Shown in pieces: positions 53,601 through 64,000 of a DNA stretch of 64,000 bases. Where the stretch lies: contig OX597814.1 in NCBI GenBank assembly GCA_951406725.2, positions 106,702,001 through 106,766,000 of the forward strand. The letters run 5' to 3'. The notes below the pieces were generated by a model, which did not search any database, was not told the origin of the DNA, and was given only the letters and a program-made list of their open reading frames with translations. Source of the stretch: Octopus vulgaris. Its lineage: Eukaryota. Position numbers and translations under genes: made by a program. Each line of letters starts with the position of its first letter. Position 1 is the stretch's first letter.

Positions 53601-54599
53601 TGAGAGTAAAGAACAAATCCATAGAGGTTAATAATTAGTTTTACAAAATAGTTGTTCATTGCCTGGGCTGGCCACACCTGAGCCAGATTTCCAGGTGTAG
53701 CTATATAGATAATGGAGTGGAGAAAAGTGTCACAGTATGGGCCAAAAGAAACTGGTTATTTCTCGACAGCATCGAAACTATTCGGCACGACTGGAAGTGG
53801 CGAAACTTTCAGAAGTTACTGAGAGCTTTATGATCCTCAATCGACGGCTAATGAACTCAGTGTCTCACAGTGCAGACTCTATGGGAAATAATGCGATACA
53901 CACACATATATATATTTGATACTTTCGTACATTCGTGTGTGTGTGTGTGTGCGCGTGTGACGTGATAGACCCAAGACTAAACCCTAAGGAAATAAGAGAC
54001 GGTGTGGTCAACGATTGATCACCTATGATCAAAGTTCTACTTTACCAGGCCTGATCTGAAAACACACAAGTCACGATCTCTTTTAAAATCTATCTACCAA
54101 TTCAACTTCGTAGAATTTTGTTCTTAAGATGTTCAATATCCATCTAAACACTCCTCATTGAAATCGAACCTAAACACTTAAGAACACGACCAGACAATAA
54201 CCTCCACCACTACTAATGTCTCTTTCCGTCTATTCCGAATAATCTAGAAGCCACTATACACACTCTCTTCATTCAATTACTACAACTTGTTACTTTTTCT
54301 CACTCTACGATTGAGTTACCTTAGAACTATTTATTTATTATATCATTAGCTTTCCCTCCATATTGTTGTTATCATAATGCGTGTCGTAATGTCTTTCCTT
54401 GCCATACCCTATCGACATTTTCGATCGCACGCTGCAGAGTTAAAACCAACCTCGAGTACTTAGTATTTTGTCACATATTTCGTTATTGAGGCATGACAAG
54501 TTCATCATTTATTTAGCCTCCTATCTTTTTAGTTAGCTGTTAATTTACTAACTTATTTATTTAGTCATTTACATATGTGAGTGTGTGTGTGTGTGTATT

Positions 54600-54784
54600 C
54601 CTTTATTTGTTTCAGTCATTTGACTGCGGCCAGACTGGAGCCCCGCCTTTAGTCGAACAAATTGACCCCAGAACTTATTTTTTGTAAGCCTAGTACTTAT
54701 TCTATCGAACTCATGAACAGACCAGCATCGGTTGTCAAGTGATGTTGGGGCGACAAACACAGACACACAAACATACACACGTAC

Positions 54785-54825
<41 letters not shown>

Positions 54826-54892
54826 GGGCTTCTTTCAGTTTCCGTCTACCAAATCCACTCACAAGGTTTTGGTCGGCCTGAGACTATAGTAG
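54600..54892 (-). mobile_element. SINE family A, partial
   Basis: Colinear with other copies. Confidence 0.85.
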
Positions 54893-54918
54893 GTCACTCC
54901 TTTGCCTTTGTATACATT

Positions 54919-55004
<86 letters not shown>

Positions 55005-55494
55005 TTTATATTCATCTATTTATTTATGTCAGCCATTTTCTTTCAGCTATTTTCTTTTTGTTTGATACAACCAAGCAAGCAGTTTGAAGCTAATTGTTAG
55101 ACTTTTGAAGGAAGACTTTTATTTTTCTGCTTAGCATCTCCTAATACAATCCTAATATACAATAAAACATTTCTTACAGCTAAACGGATATAAAAACACT
55201 CGATTCAACACTATCGTCTTACTTATGTCATAAGACAAGCTTGATCTGAGAACCGGTGCTGTGATTTTAGCGATTCTTTATTAGATCACACTGTAGGACA
55301 CTGTCGTTTGAAGGTTGATCAGCTTTCTACTTTCATGATATAATCTTTGAGAAAAATGTATCTAATGACTAAAGAATGTTTACTACAAAATATACAGACT
55401 CGACTCATAACTATGACATGCTGTGGCTGAGCTGACAAATTTAGTAAAGCTTCAAAGCATGATATTGTCGTTGATTTATATCAGACGTTCATCT

Positions 55495-55908
55495 GGCGGA
55501 GAGCTGGTAGAAACGTTAGCACGCCGGGCGAAATGCGTAGCCGTATTTCGTCTGCCGTTACGTTCTCGGTTCAAATTACACCGAGGTCGACTTTGCCTTT
55601 CATCCTTTCGGGGTCGATAAATTAAGTACCCGTTACGCACTGGGGTCGATGTAATCGACTTAATCCGTCTGTGTGTCCTTGTTTGTCTCTTCTGTGTTTA
55701 GCTCCTTGTGGGTAGTAAAGAAATAGGTATTTCGTCTGCCGTTACGTTCTGGGTTCAAATTCCGCCGAGGTCGACTTTGCCTTTCATCCTTTCGAGGTCG
55801 ATAAATTAAGTACCAGTTACGCACTGGGGTCAATATAATCAACTTAATCCCTTTGTCTGTCCTTGTTTGTCCCCTCTGTGTTTAGCCTCTTGTGGGTAGT
55901 AAAGAAAT
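55495..55908 (+). mobile_element. SINE family B dimer (full copy plus 5'-truncated tandem copy)
   Basis: gtatttcgtctgccgttacgttct occurs at 55543 and 55727. atatcagacgttc flanks both sides (possible TSD). Confidence 0.9.
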
Positions 55909-56580
55909 ATATATCAGACGTTCGTCTTAACCCAGTTGAATCTTTATCAAATTACCCTTTTATGAGCTATTCTTCTCCAAGCTACATCGACATGAAAACT
56001 TGAACTTAGAATCACAAGTTCACTTAATATTAAGCAATTTTACAGTGCTGCGCTCACAATGACGAGGGTTCTTTTTTTGTTTGTTTGTTTTTTCAATCTT
56101 ATCATATCGCTCAAATTATTCTACAGCAAGGTGGATTGCTTATGTGTTATGGACTTTAACCACTTACCCAACGTAATGTTAGTGACAAGATACAAAACAC
56201 CGGTATCTTGGCTACTTGTTTGATCATCTATCGATTATATCTGCATGTTCCCGATATGCAGTTACAAGAAACTTTCAAGAGAACCGAACAGCAGAAGAAA
56301 CCCTCCTCAGGTAAGCGTTTCGGCCTTTAACTTCTTACACTTTAAAGGAGCCGGGCCGCGTTTAGGTCATGACTCCTGGGTGACCATATACAGAGTATAT
56401 GTATCCCTGCGTATCGATCTAATTGTCATCAATTGGAAAGCTACCGTTATTAGTAAAATATCCTGTTAACATGTCGTCGGGTCTCCATTGAAACTTTTCA
56501 TTTCCGGTTTCAATTGGTTCCTTCATATAAATGCAGAATCTCATAATTATTTGACACAATATTAAACATGTTTCTTTTTT

Positions 56581-56864
56581 AACACAGTTCTATATTTAAG
56601 AAATGAGGAATTATGTACATTATTTACATTATTTACATTTGTCGGATATTTTTCCTCCTCTTGTTTGTTGTTAACACAACGTCTCGGCTGATATACCCTC
56701 CAGTCTTCATCAGGTGTCTTGGGGAAATTTCGAACCTTAGGAATCAGAACCTAGGTTCACAATTTCCCCAAGACACCTGACAAAGGCTGGAGGGTATATC
56801 AGCCGAAATGTTGTGTTGACAACAAACAAGATGAGAACAAATATCTGTCAAATGTAAATAATGT
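56581..56864 (-). mobile_element. Hammerhead-bearing fold-back mini-element (about 105-bp arms plus tail)
   Basis: 56626-56730 is inverted against 56761-56864. Flanking direct repeat atgtttctttttt at 56568 and 56861. Confidence 0.8.
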
Positions 56865-58018
56865 TTCTTTTTTGTTCCTGGACAAAGTTGCACCGAATTT
56901 TGAGTTCGTGGTAAACTACATGAGACGCCACATTATTTCTGTCAAAGACCAATTGTCCTGCTGTCCATGCCTAGGACCTTCCTGATGAAGCAAGCCTATG
57001 ATAGAAGACATTCCAGACATGATCATCTCATCTGTTATTCAGACGTACTGTTTCTGACATTGAATTATCCAACGTGATTCTGATTTTAAAACAGACATGT
57101 GCGATATCAGGGAGATTTGGCAGTTATTTCTGTCAGGTCGAGTGTCCGCTCCCACGTTGGTTCGTCTTAAAGGCATTGTTGCGTGAAAGAGTTTAGTTGG
57201 CTGCAGCTTGGTTCCAAATCCACTTCTTCGAGGGTCAAACAACTTGGGCATTGCTTATTATTCTTCGGCCACGCCCAGCGCTAGCTTCGAGTGTAATAGC
57301 AGCATTGGCATTAAAAGAAATATTCTAAAATACAGCTTTAAATGCGTTGAATACGAAAGAAAAGAACATCTTTAGAAAGAATAAAACAGCTGAAAATGAT
57401 AATTCTAATTGATAACCAGGTCTCCATGGTTACCGTTCAAGGAAAAGAAAAACTTGAGGTAATATTACTGCATAGTGCAGTTCTGATGTGGCATGACTTT
57501 AATAATAATAGTTATAGTTTGTAACTATCAACATTTGAAACTACTAATTAAAACCCTGTACGCCATATTCTGTCAGTTTTGTGTCAACACTGTTAAAAAA
57601 ATTGCTGAAAAATGAGTAACTTTATAAATAATTTATAAAGTTGGATAAAATTATTTTTCATATTCATTGGACGAACGTGATATCTAAAGTATCGTATTCG
57701 AAACTTGAGATTTGCATTTCAATGATATTTTAATAATCATTTTTATTTCAGCAATACTAGTTTGATATTTAAGCAACGAGAATTTTTTTAATGAATGCCA
57801 TATCTTCTTTCCTTTCTTTTTTCAATTTCTGTTTTTACTTTTTGTTTTACTTTTTTTTAACAGCTGGCAGAGAATGAACGTATTTTTCATCATTAAATGG
57901 CTAAAATAAACGAAAAAGCTACAAGAGCCTGGCATATTTTGCTTTACAGTAATATCACTCGTACATTATTTATATTATTTACATTTGACGGATATTTGTC
58001 CTCATCTTGTTTGTTGTT

Positions 58019-58065
58019 GACGCAACGTTTCGGCTGATATTACTCTCCAACCTTCATCAGGTGTC
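58019..58065 (-). ncRNA. Minimal type I hammerhead ribozyme
   Basis: gacac CTGATGA a GGTTG...CAGCC GAAA CGT T gcgtc; palindromic stem III ACGT. Confidence 0.7.
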
Positions 58066-58105
58066 TTGGGGAAATTTCGAACCTAATTCGTAAGGTATTT
58101 TTCGA

Positions 58106-58172
<67 letters not shown>

Positions 58173-58218
58173 GTTATTATTATTATTATTTAGGTCACTG
58201 CTTGGAATCGAACTCGGA

Positions 58219-59045
<827 letters not shown>

Positions 59046-59119
59046 ATAATAATATTAATAACAACAACAACATCGGAAAATACCTTAGGAATGAGAACCT
59101 AGATTCGAAATTTCTCCAA

Positions 59120-59165
59120 GACACCTGATGAAGGCTGGAGGGTATATCAGCCGAAATGTTGTGTT
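59120..59165 (+). ncRNA. Minimal type I hammerhead ribozyme (stem III C>T)
   Basis: gacac CTGATGA a GGCTG-gagggtatat-CAGCC GAAA TGTT gtgtt. Confidence 0.65.
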
Positions 59166-60312
59166 AACAACAAACAAGATGAGGACAAATATCTGTCAAA
59201 GGTAAATAATGTAAATAATGTACATAATTCCTCATCTCTTAAATATAGAACTCTAATATCATTCATGGTAAATGTCTCGTATTTATTTCATATTTCCAAT
59301 GAATATCGCATAGGAATACGAAATCTTCCAAATGGGTACAGAATTTGATAGATTTTTAGAATGCATTTCGAATGTTGAATATATGGACAGCCTGACGAGT
59401 ACCAAATCTGAATACATGAGACTAAGTTAGAATAATGCAAAATTAAGCAAGGAATCCCAACGCTACTCTATTAGTGGGCAGTGGACGACAATCCTATTAT
59501 TTTTTTTATCTTTTGCCTTTTACTGGTTTCAGCCAGAGGTTCAGGCCATGCTGGAGCACAGCCTTTCAGTGTGTTTGGATTTCTTTTGTGTACTGTTGCT
59601 GGTGAAGTAGCGAGTGGGATGGAGCTGCCCATGTTTGTGCCTCCTGCCGCGATGAGGGTTTATCTTGTATCTCAGATAAAAATTTGCTCAGACGTTCTTT
59701 GAAGACTTCGACATCTACACCTCAAAAATTTTTTGACATGGTAACAGAATTGTCCAAGACAAAGAACCTTTTCAGTTCATTTCCGGAAGTTTTGATCAAC
59801 CTCTTAATACAAAAGACACACAGAAATCAAAATGTTTGTAACATCTCTGTCAAATATGGTAGCTTAGGAAAATATAAATTTACATAATGGCTTTCTGGAT
59901 TCTTTTTTATAGGAACAATAAACATGGTTAGTAGAAGAATTACAATAACTGAGTGAAAATTCGTGACTTATTGCTCATTAATTTATTCTAACTTAATACT
60001 AATTAAATTATCTTTCCCTATTACTTATCAACCCTTATAATATGTCACTAATTAGCTCTTATACTCATTACTTCTTAGTTCTTAGAGTTCGTTAGCAATT
60101 AGAACTTATGAATCATTAATAATTGTTTCATGTAACTTACTATTAATTAGCACTTATAATTTATTACTAATTTGTTTTTTATAATCATTATAGTTCATTA
60201 TTAACTGGTTTTCATAACTTATTAATTACTAATTAGTTCTTATCTAGAGGGGCATGTTCCAAACTTTGGCTTTAGCAAGAATTTTAATGCACGAACTGGT
60301 AAATACTGTTGA

Positions 60313-61160
60313 CTTCCAAATATACCAGCTTCGAAATCACGAGCAAAAACACTCTGTTTAACCAGTCTGAAGTTTAGAGGTCATTACTTGTTTAAGTGCC
60401 AATCTAAAGAAACCAGAAATACAAAAGGAACCTCTACTGAAATATTAAAAATAAACATTGAATAAACAGCCAACCATTCAAGGAAACACTCAGGGAAGAT
60501 CAGCTGCTACGAATTCAATCACAGACAACTTCCAGCCATAAAGTGATGATAAAACTGATAGAAAATTAATTAAGGCAGTGCTCAAGCATAGCTGCAGTCC
60601 CACAATTGAAACCATCTACTATAATAATACTTTTGTGTCTTTCTCCATCACAACATATGAATGAGAAAGGAAGAGGTGATAGATGAATAAAGAAGGAAGG
60701 GTGATAGATGAATAAGGAAGGAAGGGGTGATGGCAAACTTGGTAGTGGGATGATGGAAGTTGTGCGGTAAAAAAAAACAATCAAACTGGGAAAAAGTGAT
60801 GAAGTGAGCATGCTTCACTACATCTATGCTGGCAAATTCCAAATATACCAGCTTCGAAATCCAGATCAAAAACACTCTGTTGTACCAATCTGATGTTTAG
60901 AGATCCTTACTTGTGTAAGTGCCAATCTAAAGAAATCAGAAATATAAAAGGAACCTCTACTGAAACATTAAAAAAAAAACATTGGAAAAACCCCTAACGA
61001 CGATATCGAACCAGCCAAGCATTCAAGGATGCACTCAGGGAAGACCGTCTGCTACGAATTCAATCATAGACCAACTTCCAGCCAGAAAGCTTCAACAAGA
61101 AAATAAAGGTGGTGCTGCAGCATGGTCGCAGTGCTACGAATGAGACCATTAAAAGAATAA
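60313..61160 (+). mobile_element. Two direct copies (about 60313-60615 and 60837-61160) of an old CR1-like LINE 3' end
   Basis: About 240-bp direct repeat. Translation TNLMFRDPYLCKCQSKEIRNIKG...NQP parallels 10748-10950; both copies end in a ggtgct.cagcat.g..gcagt-like tail. Confidence 0.6.
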
Positions 61161-61719
61161 AAGGATGCTAATTAATTCTTAGGACACATTAATAATTAGT
61201 TTTTACGACTTATTACATATAGATAAATACGTATTATTACTAAATTAGCTTTTATGAATCGTTTCTAATTAACCCTTATGACGTATGGCTAATTAGCTAT
61301 TAGTCTTTGACAAACAAGTGACAATGGTAGAGATATGTTTATATTACAGCTGGTAAGTTTAAGTTGGTAAGTCTGCGGTATTGTTGAACGAAGACTTGGA
61401 ATCCTGCAGTATCACGTATTTGGCAGCAGGGATAGCAGTTGAAGTGGGGGGGGGGGGTAAAATCGGTCGAAATAGGGACCCAGTCAAAGGAGTAGATGCA
61501 CGAGATATCAGGAATGTCTTTGATCCCAGCAATAAAGCTTCCCAAAATATCCGTCAACTCTAAAACGTTCGTTTTCATTGCAACAGCGCGATGTACCACC
61601 TCATGGAGCCTATTTTCAGTTTTTAGGTTTAAATGTTTGATACAAAGCAGTAACACTGATAGAGTGCGAACCAGCAGCCCTTCGGTTTGTGACGTGTCAC
61701 CTTTTCGGTTAAGACTAGA

Positions 61720-61723
61720 AATA

Positions 61724-61754
<31 letters not shown>

Positions 61755-61927
61755 GAAGGAAGGAAGGAAGGAAGGAAGGAAGGAAGGAAGGAAGGAAGGA
61801 AGGAAGGAAGGAAGGAAGGAAGGAAAGAAAGAAGAACAGAAAGAAGGAAAGAAAGGAAGAAAGAAGGAAAGAAGGAAAGAAAAAGGAAAGAAAGAAGGAC
61901 AGAAAGAAGGAAGGAAAGAAAGGAGGA

Positions 61928-61975
<48 letters not shown>

Positions 61976-62015
61976 AGGAAAGAAAGAAGGAAGGAAGGAA
62001 GGAAGGAAGGAAGGA

Positions 62016-62095
<80 letters not shown>

Positions 62096-62118
62096 AAAAG
62101 AAAGAAAAAAGAGAAAGG
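61720..62118. repeat. (GAAA/GAAG)n polypurine microsatellite
   Basis: Direct reading. Confidence 0.95.
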
Positions 62119-62739
62119 ATAACTGCCTAAACTAATTTGAAGCCAACGTATGACAGTTCGAAAAGGTGACCGTCTGCCACAATACTAATCCAGTGATTTT
62201 TACCATTCCACACCAATAAACGGCAAGTTAGGTAAGTCTTATTCCGCCATTCTGTTCTATTTCCAGTTGTCGTTATGCTATATTCTACAATCGGTGCTGT
62301 AGTTATAACATATATTCGGTACTAGGGGTTTATATCACATTCTATGATATCGTTGTGATTATGGCATATTAAATGATATCACTCTGATCAGGTCCTATTA
62401 AATATCCCTCTGGTTATCTCATATAACTTCATATCAGTGAGCATGTCTCATTTTATGTGCTGCAGCCAATGACAAAAGCACTCCACACTTATGAACAATA
62501 GCGCTCCAACTGTGACAAACCCATGCTATATTATTACAATACACTATATATCTTGGACTACAGTGTCAAATGTATCCTTGTCAAGTTAACATAAACATTT
62601 ATTTATATGAAAGAAAATTGTCGGAGAACTTTCATCTAATTCTTCCAAATTTTTCTGTTAAAACTGTATTGAAACCATTTGTGGGGATTTTTTTTTTCTT
62701 ACAGCAACTGGTTGCACGCCTTAAGGTTTGACGGAACCT

Positions 62740-63085
62740 GCTGAGGGAAACCTCCACGCACGCAGCATTACCATGGCCGATGGCGAGGATAAGTCAATTG
62801 GGAAAGCCAAGCGCCCTCACGGGCATCACTTGACACCTCTGTGAGGCCAGCTGCCAACGATGACAAGAACTTTGTGGTTAGTAACCCAGTCACCTCCGAA
62901 TGTCTCAAACGCCACAGGTTGGAAGAGATAGTTCACTGTCAGATTCCGATACTTCAGTGTTTTCTTCCGTTCGGCCATGGAAGGAGGGAGTAAAGGAGTC
63001 GCAGACTGTGACACCCCAAATGACGCACCTACCTCTAACCCAGGGACAAAGGGTAAGATCATCCGGTCTCTTTCCATCACTTTAA
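62740..63085 (-). pseudogene. CRE-like non-LTR retrotransposon RLE endonuclease remnant
   Basis: GKRPDDLTLCPWVRGRCVIWGVTVCDS...AERKKTLKYRNLTVNYLFQPVAFETFG. Confidence 0.75.
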
Positions 63086-63491
63086 ACATCTTCTTTGTTA
63101 AGATTAAGCCGTAAGGTGTAATTTGGAAGAAACGTAGCTATTATTTCTAGCGAGTCGATTAACAATTAGAATCCTTACGCAGTAAATATATGGAGGATTT
63201 ATTCCAATAGTTTAACACTGTAAACAGTGGTAATACTGTAAAAATGATGAGTGTTCTGCGCGGTTGCGCTGCAGGGCAGAATCCAAGTGCATCCATAAAT
63301 CCGTGAAAGGAAAAGGTGGGTGACACTGACTAAACTGATTTATATTGCCTGTAGACAAGTTACTTTACTCTACGCACCCATGAAAATGAAATGTGACTGA
63401 ATAAAGAATTATTGAAGATCTACATTAGAACGATAACAACAGCGCCACCTACAACCAAAGCAACAGCAACAACACCAGTAATTTAAATATA

Positions 63492-63724
63492 TATTTCTTT
63501 ACTACCACAAGAGGCTAAACATAGAGGGGACAAACAAGGACAGACAAAGGGAATAAGTCGATTACATCGACCCCAGTGCGTAACTGGTACTTAATTTATC
63601 GACCCCGAAAGGATGAAAGGCAAAGTCGACCTCGGCGGAATTTGAACTCAGAACGTAGCGGCAGACGAAATACGGCTACGCATTTCGCCCGGCCTGCTAA
63701 CGTTTCTGCCAGGTCGCCGCCTTA
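63492..63724 (-). mobile_element. SINE family B, full length
   Basis: Near-identical to 2626-2857. aatttaaatata flanks both sides (possible TSD). Confidence 0.9.
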
Positions 63725-64000
63725 GAAATTTAAATATAAGCAACAACAATACCGAAGGGAAACTCGACAGCGGCAGCACAACCTCTATCAGCTGAGTTTT
63801 CACATTTTTAAGGATATCAGGTTTTTATATCAAAACTTACTTTCAATGTCATGTTCCTGTTTAATTTAAATTGTCTACATTTTCAATTATATTTCTACAT
63901 TCCTGAGTGGCGACAGTTTAGCAGTGACTGGGGTAAAAATGAACTGTTCCGGACTGGAGTGAATTTATTAACAAATAGCTTTGTACAATAACATATCTAA

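Noticed and set aside
61339-61656. 105-aa non-repetitive ORF
   Set aside because: No recognisable motif or splice support, and the length is compatible with chance.

Overview
AT-rich, microsatellite-saturated animal genomic DNA. The SINE families and repeat landscape fit a coleoid cephalopod, probably Octopus; this is inferred, not searched. No host protein-coding gene could be supported, and almost all ORFs in the track are translated microsatellites. The window is a mosaic of tRNA-derived SINEs (at least 3 families), fragments of non-LTR retrotransposons (R4/Dong-like, HERO-like, CRE-like, CR1-like, RTE-like) and a fold-back mariner derivative. The highlight is a near-complete Penelope-like retroelement (PLE) at about 40.75-45.0 kb on the minus strand. 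It has RT, a Cys linker and a GIY-YIG endonuclease, plus about 160-bp inverted pLTRs carrying a hammerhead ribozyme with a U3-A8 core variant. An upstream coiled-coil-like ORF1 appears joined to the RT frame by a U UUU UUA -1 slippery site. Several non-coding, hammerhead-bearing inverted or tandem mini-elements sit in or near microsatellites, including a retrozyme-like 476-bp tandem unit at 20.2-21.5 kb. All RNA structures were folded by eye, and most boundaries are approximate.
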